Origin: a virus
Length of the DNA stretch: 64,000 bases
Strand: one strand, 5' to 3'
IMG/VR virus record: IMGVR_UViG_3300022554_000002
Location: 130,474-194,473 of that record
Each line of letters begins with the position of its first letter. Position 1 is the stretch's first letter. The translations under genes and the position numbers were made by a program. Shown one piece after another: positions 10,680-20,673 of this stretch. The notes beneath the pieces are model-generated. The model was not told the DNA's origin. It made no database searches and was given only the letters and a program-made list of their open reading frames with translations.

Positions 10680-11301
10680 TCAAGAAGTTTCTCCCATTTC
10701 TTTCGAGGCAAATTTTGCCTCTAATCTTCGTGCTTCTTCCATAATCATTTTAACAGATTCCATTGGATCACGATTTTCCATGTTTTCTTTTGCCACAAGG
10801 TGCATTTCTAATTCTCTAATTTGATTTTCGGTTAAATCCTCTAACCTGCTTTGATATACACTTTTGGCTAACTTTTTTAATTCTTTTATGTGCTTATCCA
10901 TTTTTCTTAATCCTCTTTTGTAAAGTTGATAGACCGGATGCTGCTTTTCGTAATTCCTTGTTTCCTTTGATAAGACATGCTTCAATAGTTGCGACAGAAA
11001 ATCTAGTGACCATAGGTAAATCTTTTGCTTCTTGTATTGAAAAATGAAAATTATTGCTCAAAGTATAATTAAAATTTCTGAAAATAATTTGCACTTTAAA
11101 TGTTAATATATTATTAAAAAATTCATAAGCAAGATTAATACTATACATAGGTTTTATAATCACCCACATTAACACTGTTCTATTGTAACCAGCATCATCA
11201 ATAAATACATGTTCATCAATTTGCTCTTTTAGTCTTTCGTTAAGAGCAGTTTTTAGATTTATTAAATGTAAATTATTACAAAGTTCTGTCATTGACATCA
11301 C
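10680..11301 (-). CDS. Two hypothetical proteins (10680-10985, 10894-11301)
   Basis: Co-oriented ORFs within the operon; the start of the first is uncertain. Confidence 0.55.
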
Positions 11302-11307
11302 TTTCTC

Positions 11308-11967
11308 CTATCGTGGATGAGTAATAGCATATTTACGATCATGCATACCCAAATGACCATCTAAAATCCAAGGATTAATTGGTTTTCTACCATAAAAAGA
11401 ACAAACCTCTTCCCACTGTTTTACTATTATATTATATCCTTTATTTTGTAATATTTTAATAGTATGCATCATAGTTAAATCTTCAGAAACCAAATGTGGT
11501 TTTTCCTTATTAGGAATTGCAAAGGCTTCAGGTTCAATATAAGCCTCAATTAGATATTTAGCTAACTTCTTACTAATTCCTTTAACACCACCTTGAATAT
11601 GGTCATGTATGTACGTACCAAAATAATCTGCATCAGGTAATGGGTCTTCAAAATGTCTAAAAATTTCACAGTCTGGATCTAATTTAATTAGATACTCTAC
11701 ATCTTTACTTTCAAAAATTTTAAGATATCGACTAATCCATTTTGTTCCATTTGCAATTGGTTTAAGATACTCGCCTAAATGTGTCATAAAATAGTCAGTA
11801 TTGTCTCTAAATGTCCAATTAAATTGGTCACATTCTTTTTGTTGGTCGTATCCATCAAATACTACATCACAATAAGTGTCAGGGAAATACCAATTAATTT
11901 CCCTGTAGAGATGTATAGCTTTGCCAACATCATCACGGACATTAATTAAGAAACTGAATTCTTCCAT
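11308..11967 (-). CDS. Glycosyltransferase-like protein (GT-A, DxD)
   Basis: YLIKLDPDCEI DxD motif, IQGG and EDLTM; adjacent to the GT4 gene. Confidence 0.55.
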   Translation of the reverse strand: MEEFSFLINVRDDVGKAIHLYREINWYFPDTYCDVVFDGYDQQKECDQFNWTFRDNTDYFMTHLGEYLKPIANGTKWISRYLKIFESKDVEYLIKLDPDCEIFRHFEDPLPDADYFGTYIHDHIQGGVKGISKKLAKYLIEAYIEPEAFAIPNKEKPHLVSEDLTMMHTIKILQNKGYNIIVKQWEEVCSFYGRKPINPWILDGHLGMHDRKYAITHPR

Positions 11968-13019
11968 ACGTTTTCAACCACACTTGTTAAGTTTTTTGCA
12001 AAAATTTCTTCAGTATATTTCTCACGCTCATGTAATATGTTTTCTCTGAATTTTTTAGTTATTGCATTTTCATTGGAAAATAAATCATATGCAAACTCTA
12101 AATCGCGTTTAGTAAGATTAGCATCCTTATTTGGGTTAGTCATTAAGAAAGCATTGTCATCTGTTAAGACTTCATTAACACCATCTACTGTTGTCGCTGC
12201 AATAGGTAATCCCATTGCCATTGCTTCTAACAGTGCAATTGGAGTGCCTTCGTAGAAACTTGGCAAAATGAATGCATCAGCAGAAGCATAGATATCAGGC
12301 ATTACCTCTCTAACCATCTGCTCAATCATATGAATATTTGTATTTAATCCAGTATCCTGTAAAATGCTGTAAAGTTGATAATAATCCGTGCCATCGCCAA
12401 CCCAAATCCAATGTAAATTATTAAAGTTCTTTTCTTTTTCTCTAAGTTTATGAATTACATCAAGTTGGAGATGATATCCTTTTGTTCTGTCAGTTCTCGC
12501 AACAGTTAAAAATACTCGTGCTGTCTTGGGAATTTGAAGAACTTCACGTGCATAAAATGGGTCAGACGTTTTGTAACGATTTGTATTAAATTCTTTGTCA
12601 AAACAGGGGTAAATAACTACGCCTTTATCTTTTGGTAATCCTAAATCCTGTAATGATTTAAGTGTGTTTTGACTAACTGCAATAACTTCCTCTGCACCTT
12701 TCAAGGCACATTCCACCCATGCTTTATCATTGCAGACTTCTTTATACTGTTCTGGAACTAAATGAGCCACAGAAACATAAGGAATACCCACTAGAATAGC
12801 TTTTGTCTTTTCAAGTTTATTTGATTCTGGTGATTTGTCACTGAATATGATTAAATCTGGTGTGACATGCTCTAACAATGAGACGAAATTTCTACGGTCC
12901 TTATCAGACCATGAAAAGGTCAGTTTATATTGTGCCTCTAAATTTCGACACGCTGCCTCATTCCAAACTTGAATACCATATTTAGGATAGTCTGTGTAGA
13001 TTAATATGTTTTTACTCAT
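11946..13019 (-). CDS. Glycosyltransferase family 4 (GT-B)
   Basis: IAVSQ, VIYP, FLTVAR...KG, ADAFILPSFYEGTPIALLEAMAMGLPI. Confidence 0.9.
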   Translation of the reverse strand: MSKNILIYTDYPKYGIQVWNEAACRNLEAQYKLTFSWSDKDRRNFVSLLEHVTPDLIIFSDKSPESNKLEKTKAILVGIPYVSVAHLVPEQYKEVCNDKAWVECALKGAEEVIAVSQNTLKSLQDLGLPKDKGVVIYPCFDKEFNTNRYKTSDPFYAREVLQIPKTARVFLTVARTDRTKGYHLQLDVIHKLREKEKNFNNLHWIWVGDGTDYYQLYSILQDTGLNTNIHMIEQMVREVMPDIYASADAFILPSFYEGTPIALLEAMAMGLPIAATTVDGVNEVLTDDNAFLMTNPNKDANLTKRDLEFAYDLFSNENAITKKFRENILHEREKYTEEIFAKNLTSVVENVWKNSVS

Positions 13020-13606
13020 TTAGCCTTTCCAGTAGATTTTTCCTTGTTTCGGTTAATTTTTCCTTATAAAGACCTAAAGACAAGTAATAATCTATTTTAG
13101 CAATTGCATTTTTAATGTCTTTTATTTTATTTCCACCTAGTTTGGGTTGACTCTTTAATTCTCGTTTAGTCCTTCTAGCAGCAAAATTTAAATAATTTAT
13201 AACATGAAAATCATCTTTAGTATATGTATGTTCTATTTTGTCTTCTACGTATCCACCAGAAAGTCGTCTATCTTCCTTTGCAGCTATTACCATTCCAAGA
13301 GGATACAACATTAAATATTCGTCAGTTGATTCATCCCACAAACTACACTTCTCCCTCACAGGAGAATATAAACTAGTTGGTATGCTCGTTATCATTATTT
13401 AATTCTTTCAATAGATTAGATAATTGTGCTAAAGCTTCTTTTTTAGTTGTAAATTCACCAAGATAGAAATTTTCCCTGTCCGTTGAATTTGGGTAATAAA
13501 ACTCAGCAAGAATGAAGAATTTATTTTCATTTGCAGTTGCAACACGAAGTTGCCCTATGTACCGAGTATTTATCAATGTTTCATTTGTAGTCACTAACCA
13601 TTTCAT
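13012..13606 (-). CDS. Two hypothetical proteins (13012-13395, 13373-13606)
   Basis: Co-oriented overlapping ORFs. Confidence 0.55.
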
Positions 13607-13639
13607 TGCGTTTCTCCTTAGTTTAATTATACGACCACG

Positions 13640-14299
13640 TTAGTCTTTTGTCAAGTAAATAAAGTTGGTTTTCTCTGGATGGAACCAATTTAAACTTGAC
13701 ATTGTGTTCACAAAATGACACACTCCATCATGTACAGATTCGTTTAAAATACCTTTTTCTATGTTTGGAATTTCATTAGGATTTACAACTTTGCCATAAA
13801 TAAAATCATGTATTACAATAATACCACCAGAACGAACCATTTTCATTGCTTTATCAAAATCATGTTTGATGTAAGGATAGGTGTGATTTCCATCAACCAA
13901 ACAGAAGTCAATATCTTTAATGTTATGTTCTTCTGCTTTAAATTGTATACTGTCCATAATGAGAAAATCTATATTACCATCGTTTTTACATTCCATTCCA
14001 ATTTCATCTTTAGGTAATACTTTATTTCCTTGTACAGGGTTATATGCAGAAGAGTCTTTAGGAATTACATAATCTAAAGTCCAGATATGTTGACCTGTAA
14101 CACAATGTAGTACATGGGTAGTTAGTCCGCGCCAAGTTCCAAATTCGTATATTCCCTTACCAGTATTGGATTTACATGCAAGAACACACAGAACTTGACG
14201 TTCATATTTTGTCATCATATGTTCGTGAACATATGGAATTTTATTTAATTCTGATGAATATTTTATAATTTCATCATTAAAATTTACTACTGTTATCAT
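13640..14299 (-). CDS. Class I SAM-dependent methyltransferase (Methyltransf_24-like)
   Basis: YEFGTWRG, DFCLVDGNHTY, GGIIVIHD. Confidence 0.8.
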   Translation of the reverse strand: MITVVNFNDEIIKYSSELNKIPYVHEHMMTKYERQVLCVLACKSNTGKGIYEFGTWRGLTTHVLHCVTGQHIWTLDYVIPKDSSAYNPVQGNKVLPKDEIGMECKNDGNIDFLIMDSIQFKAEEHNIKDIDFCLVDGNHTYPYIKHDFDKAMKMVRSGGIIVIHDFIYGKVVNPNEIPNIEKGILNESVHDGVCHFVNTMSSLNWFHPEKTNFIYLTKD

Positions 14300-14742
14300 T
14301 TTTGTATTGTGTTCTTTTTAAGTAAATTTATTAATGATTTTTCAGTTTTTACAACGTATACTTCTGGTAAATAATGAAAACACTGCCAACGCTCACCATA
14401 CACAACAAGCATATATTCCATCGCAAGACCAAATCCGAACTCGCAATGTCTAGCACCACGAGAGCCATTGTCACCAAATACCTCACAAGCTACTATTGTA
14501 TCTGCACGTTGTAAATCAGCTAAATCATTTAGAGCTTCTTTCCGCATCTTTTTGGGGGTTACTTTACCATATGGCACAGACACCTTATTTGGACTGTGCC
14601 AAGTTGAGACAATTTCTTGCCCCTCTGCTATTAGTCTTTGTGCTAAAGCTTCAACCTGATCCTTTGCACCATATCGTGCAGCAAGATAAATTTTCATGGT
14701 AGTGTAGTCTCCATTATCCAATCGTAAAATGTTGCATAGCAA
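14296..14742 (-). CDS. Nucleoside 2-deoxyribosyltransferase-like protein
   Basis: KIYLAA, DLADLQRAD, GARHCEFG. True start is probably at MKIYL. Confidence 0.65.
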   Translation of the reverse strand: MLCNILRLDNGDYTTMKIYLAARYGAKDQVEALAQRLIAEGQEIVSTWHSPNKVSVPYGKVTPKKMRKEALNDLADLQRADTIVACEVFGDNGSRGARHCEFGFGLAMEYMLVVYGERWQCFHYLPEVYVVKTEKSLINLLKKNTIQK

Positions 14743-14987
14743 AAAGATAAATATTGTAAAGCGTCAGCACGGCTTATTTCTAATATCTCATTTTTATTAT
14801 AATTTTTATTGTAACAAATTTCTATAGAATGTACAGAAGGATGTCTACTATAATTTACTACACAAACATATCCTTGGACTGTTAATTTATTTGGTATTAC
14901 AAAAATAACACGATTAAATAGTTGTATGCGGTCTAATTCTTCTTCGGTCATAAAATTTCCTAGACTTTGGGGAATTTTGGTGTCCAA
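14694..14987 (-). CDS. Hypothetical protein
   Basis: Operon-embedded ORF overlapping both neighbours. Confidence 0.45.
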   Translation of the reverse strand: MDTKIPQSLGNFMTEEELDRIQLFNRVIFVIPNKLTVQGYVCVVNYSRHPSVHSIEICYNKNYNKNEILEISRADALQYLSFCYATFYDWIMETTLP

Positions 14988-15771
14988 TGACCTTCTACAA
15001 GATTAAAGTCATCAAAAATTAATGGTTCTTCAGCTTGCATTACTTTCAACATAGCAGTTGCAACTAAAAGAATCTCTTCTTCAGCAGCAGCACAACAACG
15101 AAGATTAAAAATATGTCTAAGAGCACGTAGATTACCCGTCCAAACCCCTCCCGTTGCTACCCCCATTGGGATAATACGACGCATCATACTTGTAATTTGT
15201 TTCTTATATTTAAATTTTGACTCAGGAGAAAGTTCATCCTTCCAAATATCAACCAATTTGGTGTAATAATCTTCAACAAGAGTAAATACATTATTGACAA
15301 TCTCTCTTGATTTTTGTTTTTTTGCAGCTAATAGACAATTATCTCCATCTTCCTCTTGAAGACTGGTTGGCATCCAAAAAGGAATGTCTTCATACCGAAT
15401 ATAACGCATTGAACCTTAGAAATGGCCATACCAGCACGATGTCGGTTCATTTCTCCTGTGAAAACTCTGCTAACATTTTCAAGAGCAAAGGTATAATTAA
15501 CATGTTCCATGACAGAACCATGTCCACTTTTGAGAATATTGTCAATATATTCCTTTGCATCATCACGAACTTTTGTAACATTGGGATTAAGCAGTGGTAC
15601 AAAAGCTTTATAACACCTTTTACCAGCAAGCATCATAAGTTGCTCACCCGGTGTTCTATTAGGATCAAGTTTGTAGTCTTCTGCTTCAAGACTATCAAGC
15701 CAGTCTCTTGCATTATTATTGCAAATTTGTGTTTTAGCTAACAAAAAAACAGTTGGCTGAACATTGTGCAT
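14960..15771 (-). pseudogene. thyX: Flavin-dependent thymidylate synthase split by a 1-nt frameshift
   Basis: 15328-15771 gives GHGSVMEH...SRVFTGEMNRHRAGMAIS; 14960-15409 gives MRYIRYEDIPFW...TGNLRALRHIFNLRC. Adding one base between 15418 and 15417 restores RHRAGMAIS-x-GSMRY. Confidence 0.85.
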
Positions 15772-15970
15772 TACCTTCTCCTATTTACTATTCCTTAAAA
15801 AACGTAAGCTAAAAATTTATCTTTAATTTCAAATATTACAGAATTACCTGTAAATAATGCTCCTTGAGTAATTATTGCTTCTTTAGATATTTTTAACTTA
15901 TTTAACATAATATCTAGATTATTTTGAGCTTTTTCTTTAGAAACACCCACAGCAATTTTACAAAGCATAT

Positions 15971-16180
15971 TTATTCCTCATATGGAATACTGAACGACCA
16001 CTCATCTTTCAACAAATCAGAATCACGTAAATATCCAGAAAAACTATTTGTACTGTCACGAATAGGAACTATTCTTTCTTCATTAATCCAATTTATCATT
16101 CCTATAAAATAAATTTTTTCATGCTTGGTATTATAAATACCTTGAAAATTACATAACCAGTTAATTTCTTCTTTGGTCAT
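15971..16180 (-). CDS. Hypothetical protein with own promoter
   Basis: SD GGAG and a consensus TTGACA/TATAAT promoter just upstream. Confidence 0.55.
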   Translation of the reverse strand: MTKEEINWLCNFQGIYNTKHEKIYFIGMINWINEERIVPIRDSTNSFSGYLRDSDLLKDEWSFSIPYEE

Positions 16181-16262
16181 ACTTTCTCCTGACTATATTA
16201 TACAATGAGAGATTGAAATGTCAAGGAAAAACCTGAAGAGTGAAATATATATTCACTAACTC

Positions 16263-17541
16263 AGTATGACGGTCGTGATTTACTTCTTACTCTCTTCATT
16301 GGTCTTGGTTTTATTACCCAAATTCCTCTGAGAGTCTTTGTTTATCCTCTGCCGTGAATCCTCACGGTGGAGTAAGGCAAAAGCTTTTATGTTTTTCGCT
16401 GCATTAATATCTCGATCATGGAAAGTGTTACATTTAGCACATGTCCATTCTCTGTGTTGTAACTTTAGGTTTTTATTTATTTCTCCACAAACTGAACATA
16501 TTTTGCTACTTGGTTTAAATTGTCCTATAAATAAGAGATTTCTACCATACCATTCTGATTTATAAGTTAGCTGGCGTTTAAACTCATACCAACTAACATT
16601 ACTTATAGCTTTGGCTAATTTATGATTTTTTAACATATCTGTAATATTTAAATCTTCTAAGCAAATTGTTTGGTTCTCACGAATTAGCTTAGTAGACAAT
16701 TTTTGCAAAAAATCATATTTTTGATTCGTAATTTTTTCATAAATTTTTGCTACAATGAGTTTTTGTTTTTCTCTGTTTTTGCTTCCTTTCTGTTTTTTAT
16801 TGAACATTCGTTGATGATGTTTTAGTCTTTTTTCTTGTTTATTAAAATATTTAGGATTTGTAATTTTATCACCATTTGAAGTTACACAAATATCTTTAAG
16901 TCCCAAATCTATACCAATTGTTGTATTGCTTACAATGGGTGGTTTAGTGGGAATTGGTTCACCAGTATCAACTAGTATACAAGCAAAGTATTTATTTGTT
17001 TTTGTTTTTACAATGGTTGTAGTTTTAATCTTACCTGTAAATTGTCTATGAAAAACACATTTAATATTTGGAATTTTCATAATGTGTAATAAACTATTAT
17101 TAAAATCTACTTTTGTATATTGAGGGCATTGAAATGTTTGTTTTTTATTTTTAGATTTAAATACTGGAAATTTTGCTTTGTTATTATTAAAATTTGTGAA
17201 AGCATTATCAAGATTCATAAGAGCCATCATTACTGCTTGACTATTTACTACTTTTAACCAGGGTAATTCCTGTTTTAATTTTGGTAGTTGTTTTTTAATT
17301 TCATAACAAGTGATTTTTTTGTTTTCTGCTTGGGTTTTAAGTCGTTGTTCTAGCCCCCAATTATAAATATATCTACAACACCCAAAATGCTGCCCTAAAA
17401 ATTTCTTTTGTTTTTCTGTAGGATATATTTTATATTTATAAGTTTTTAACATTTAGAGAATCTTTATCCCCTTTCTAAGTATATAATCTAGTTTTTTATA
17501 AAAAATAGAGGGAAATGGTTAATTTAAATAGTATGACGGTC
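16263..17541 (-). mobile_element. Non-autonomous tnpB element (no tnpA) bounded by 12-bp direct repeats
   Basis: AGTATGACGGTC at 16263-16274 and 17530-17541. Right-end-like TCAC on the minus strand at 16278-16275, just after the stop codon. Confidence 0.65.
16280..17452 (-). CDS. tnpB: TnpB RNA-guided endonuclease (IS200/IS605 OrfB)
   Basis: N-terminal YKYKIYPT helix-turn-helix, RuvC-I GIDLG, RuvC-II ICLEDL, Zn finger CSVCG...CAKC, RuvC-III DRDINAAKNI. All three catalytic acidic residues are present. Confidence 0.95.
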   Translation of the reverse strand: MLKTYKYKIYPTEKQKKFLGQHFGCCRYIYNWGLEQRLKTQAENKKITCYEIKKQLPKLKQELPWLKVVNSQAVMMALMNLDNAFTNFNNNKAKFPVFKSKNKKQTFQCPQYTKVDFNNSLLHIMKIPNIKCVFHRQFTGKIKTTTIVKTKTNKYFACILVDTGEPIPTKPPIVSNTTIGIDLGLKDICVTSNGDKITNPKYFNKQEKRLKHHQRMFNKKQKGSKNREKQKLIVAKIYEKITNQKYDFLQKLSTKLIRENQTICLEDLNITDMLKNHKLAKAISNVSWYEFKRQLTYKSEWYGRNLLFIGQFKPSSKICSVCGEINKNLKLQHREWTCAKCNTFHDRDINAAKNIKAFALLHREDSRQRINKDSQRNLGNKTKTNEESKK

Positions 17542-17563
17542 CCGTATTTAAATTAACCATTTC
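17512..17563. repeat. Perfect 19-bp inverted repeat with 14-nt loop
   Basis: GAAATGGTTAATTTAAATA (17512-17530) / TATTTAAATTAACCATTTC (17545-17563). Confidence 0.95.
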
Positions 17564-18287
17564 TATTTACAAAGTCTACCGTCTTTGTAAATATTTTTTC
17601 CTCTATAAACTCTTTACTCTCCAAGTACTTATCGAAATTTTCAAACAAGATGTTCTTCTGTCCTTCAGTGTACCCATATTCTATAATCGTACATGGACAT
17701 TTTGAATTCCAAAAGATTGTTCGTGGAATTCTATAACACGTAGCCATGTGCATAAAGAAACTGTCAAGCCCAATATAATGTTTACAGGAGGATAAAATCT
17801 TTATTGCCAACTCTAAATTTTGAATTTCATCCAAATCTATAAATGTTATATTGTTATCGTCTAACTTTTTTATTAGCTTTTTCCATAATTCTTCAGGAAG
17901 CTGTTTTAGATTTTTAAATGTTGAGCATTTATTACTAATAGCAATAATATTACTAGTTTGCACCACAGGTATTTGTGGTGGCATAGTAGTATAATTTCTA
18001 GAAACTTTTACTCCTGTAATAAATTGAACTTTGTCCAATATATAATCTGCGTGGCTTGTTGATGCATGAATTCCTGCTTTAAATGGATACAGAACTTTGA
18101 TTTCACCAAAGGAACGTCCAAATTTAAAATTGTACCCAAGCAATGTTAATAGAAAGTTATATTTTTTATAATCAATAAACACTTCTATGTCAGAATTAGC
18201 AAGATTTGTAAATGCATTATGACTAAGTATTATATCTCCTATGGCACCGGGATGTAAATGCCTAAGTGTTACAACTCTCATATCCAT
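17553..18287 (-). CDS. Glycosyltransferase family 9-like (heptosyltransferase-like)
   Basis: HPGAIGDIIL at the N-terminus and CKHYIGLDSFFMHMA near the C-terminus. Confidence 0.7.
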   Translation of the reverse strand: MDMRVVTLRHLHPGAIGDIILSHNAFTNLANSDIEVFIDYKKYNFLLTLLGYNFKFGRSFGEIKVLYPFKAGIHASTSHADYILDKVQFITGVKVSRNYTTMPPQIPVVQTSNIIAISNKCSTFKNLKQLPEELWKKLIKKLDDNNITFIDLDEIQNLELAIKILSSCKHYIGLDSFFMHMATCYRIPRTIFWNSKCPCTIIEYGYTEGQKNILFENFDKYLESKEFIEEKIFTKTVDFVNRNG

Positions 18288-18958
18288 TTCTTAACAGGAT
18301 GCCATAGACCTTTTTGTGTTACATCTATATTAGATTCTAGTTTTTGAAAACTAATATTACCTTGATAATTACTAAATCCTTTTGGTGGGTAGCCAACCCT
18401 ATTTGCTAAAGTTGGAAAACGTACCTCACAGAAAACGCTGACAAATTCCTTTTGTAATAATTCTACCATTTTAGCCAGAACAATATCATCAATTAGAATT
18501 ACTGTAAAAGGCATTATACCAGTATAAAATGGCTTATAGCTTTCAGGCAAGTTATTATACTCTTTCTTCCAGTACCATTCTCCGTCTGTTATTCCTGCTC
18601 GTCCAGCAACTACAAAAGGATCGTTCCAGTTATCACCCCAAAACTCCTTGAGATTCATATTGCATCGTACATCAGCTTCAAGTAAAACCCACTTTTTACA
18701 ATTATTCTTTTTGTTTAACCACCAGAGATAGTTTAATAAATCACAATTTTGCCAAGCTTTGTTTTTATTGATTGCCACACGTTGCCAAATATCATTTAAA
18801 TCGTGTAGCTTTTTCGCGGCTAAACCATCTTTGAATGGAATGTTACCTGAAATAGTTTCAATGGGTACATTAGGATTATGTTGTTTCATTAATTCAATAT
18901 GTTTTGTTGTAACATCATTTGTATCAATGTGTCTTACAACAATTCCATATTCTAACAT
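18278..18958 (-). CDS. Glycosyltransferase-like protein
   Basis: WVLLEADV, EVRFPTLA and LWHPVK; lies between two GT genes. Confidence 0.5.
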   Translation of the reverse strand: MLEYGIVVRHIDTNDVTTKHIELMKQHNPNVPIETISGNIPFKDGLAAKKLHDLNDIWQRVAINKNKAWQNCDLLNYLWWLNKKNNCKKWVLLEADVRCNMNLKEFWGDNWNDPFVVAGRAGITDGEWYWKKEYNNLPESYKPFYTGIMPFTVILIDDIVLAKMVELLQKEFVSVFCEVRFPTLANRVGYPPKGFSNYQGNISFQKLESNIDVTQKGLWHPVKKWI

Positions 18959-18961
18959 GTG

Positions 18962-19726
18962 TTAGTCCAAAAACGTTGATTCGTCATTAAACTTTCTAGC
19001 AAATAGGCATTCATGTGTTCCATACGCATCAGTATGTATATTATAATTTAATGCTTCTTGATATTCATCCGCAGTCAAGACTTCTGGACCATGTTTACCT
19101 TTGATATGGTTATAATACATTAAATGATGTTTTGTGTTTAATGAAAATTTTGCTAACATGGTTTGAAAGTAAAACTCAACAGGGAATATCGTATTTCGTT
19201 CTAGGAACAACCTTCGTCTATCATTTTTCCATCTATCTAATACATGTCGTGCTGCATCCTTGGTAATTGCCCAATATGCATATCCACAATAAGGGTCTAA
19301 TTCGTGGTAAACAATATTGAAATCTTTAGGAATACGTACCGCTGGTTTATCACCTTCTGGCCAAGGTAACTTTTCACAGCTTATGAATTCATTATATTCA
19401 TTTGTATTGAAAAAATCATTAATATAATCAGGTTTGACAATAGGATAGTCAGAACCACTTAAAAGTACAATATGTGTTACGTCTTGTGAAACACCATATT
19501 CTAGCAAATTAATAGTTGCTTTAATGGTGTTCCAATCTGCCCAACCAGTTCTTTGTGGATTATTAATTTGTTTGGATAGGCATAACTCAGAAAATTCAGT
19601 AGGATAAAATGTATCTAGATTGAGAAATACTTTTGCATATGGTTGGTCAATAGCCGTAATAAGCCTATGAAGATGCTTCGGATTATTATGAGCTAATATA
19701 CAGTATGCTATCATTGAACCACCCAA
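18962..19726 (-). CDS. Glycosyltransferase family 14 (core-2/I-branching enzyme-like)
   Basis: IAYCILAHNN, LLSGSDYP, YWAIT, EFYFQT, FARKF. Confidence 0.85.
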   Translation of the reverse strand: MGGSMIAYCILAHNNPKHLHRLITAIDQPYAKVFLNLDTFYPTEFSELCLSKQINNPQRTGWADWNTIKATINLLEYGVSQDVTHIVLLSGSDYPIVKPDYINDFFNTNEYNEFISCEKLPWPEGDKPAVRIPKDFNIVYHELDPYCGYAYWAITKDAARHVLDRWKNDRRRLFLERNTIFPVEFYFQTMLAKFSLNTKHHLMYYNHIKGKHGPEVLTADEYQEALNYNIHTDAYGTHECLFARKFNDESTFLD

Positions 19727-20673
19727 TTTACCTTTTTGAATGCTTTTAAGTCTCTACCACCAGCATATGAAATGCTGCTACGAAGGCTTTGGTCAATTTC
19801 TTTATATTTATCAACTATAGAGCCACGATATGGAATTTCAATTTTGCAACCTTCTACGTATTCTTTAACACCCTTATTATGTTCACTAGCAGAACCAAAG
19901 TATTCTTTTACAATTCGTCCATCAGGATAGATAATCTTTTTTCCCGGTGATTCTTCAAATCCAGCCACTAAATTTCCAGTCATAACCCAACTAGCACCAG
20001 CAACTAATGCCTTAGCAATATCTCCATTCTGAGTAATACCCCCATCAGATATAATGGGTTTCTTTGCAAAAGCAGCACATTCCAAAACAGCAGAGAATTG
20101 TGGTCTGGAAAATCCTGTTTGAAGTTTGGTAATGCAAACTTTTCCACTTCCTATTCCAACCTTAGTCGCATCTGCTCCCCAAGACTCTAATGCGTGTACA
20201 CCGTTCCCTGTGCATACATTGCCAGCAATAACAAAAGTGTCAGGAAGATTTTCCTTAATAAGAGCAATCATCTTCTTCATTTTGTCACAATGACCATGAG
20301 CAATGTCAATTGTAATATAATGAATTTTTATTTTTAGTTTTTTTAATTTTTTAATAACCTCAATACTGTCTTGGTTGACGCCAACAGAAATTGAAACTAG
20401 GCCAATTTTTTGCATCTTTTTTGCAAAGTCAATAATATCAACACCAAATCTATGCATAACATAGAAGTAACCATTTTGAGTTAGCCATTTTGCTAAATTA
20501 AAGTCTATAATAGTTTTCATATTAGCAGGAATGATAGGAAGTTTAAACTTCCAATTTCCTATAGTTTGCCACGTACTTACTTGTTCTCGTGAGTCAACAA
20601 GTGCTTCATTTGGTAATAATAGAATATCGTTGTAATGATATTCTTTATGTTTAGACATCAAATGCTCGTTCAT
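19711..20673 (-). CDS. guaC: GMP reductase
   Basis: PIIPANM, YFYVMHRF, IDIAHGH, IAGNVCT, KVGIGSGKVCITK, SDGGI, LRSSISYAGG. Confidence 0.92.
   Translation of the reverse strand: MNEHLMSKHKEYHYNDILLLPNEALVDSREQVSTWQTIGNWKFKLPIIPANMKTIIDFNLAKWLTQNGYFYVMHRFGVDIIDFAKKMQKIGLVSISVGVNQDSIEVIKKLKKLKIKIHYITIDIAHGHCDKMKKMIALIKENLPDTFVIAGNVCTGNGVHALESWGADATKVGIGSGKVCITKLQTGFSRPQFSAVLECAAFAKKPIISDGGITQNGDIAKALVAGASWVMTGNLVAGFEESPGKKIIYPDGRIVKEYFGSASEHNKGVKEYVEGCKIEIPYRGSIVDKYKEIDQSLRSSISYAGGRDLKAFKKVNWVVQ

Noticed and set aside
15971-16180. Second Tad2-like protein (C-terminal SDLLKDEW)
   Set aside because: Only the last motif resembles the family; the N-terminal G.KV.R..W signature is absent.
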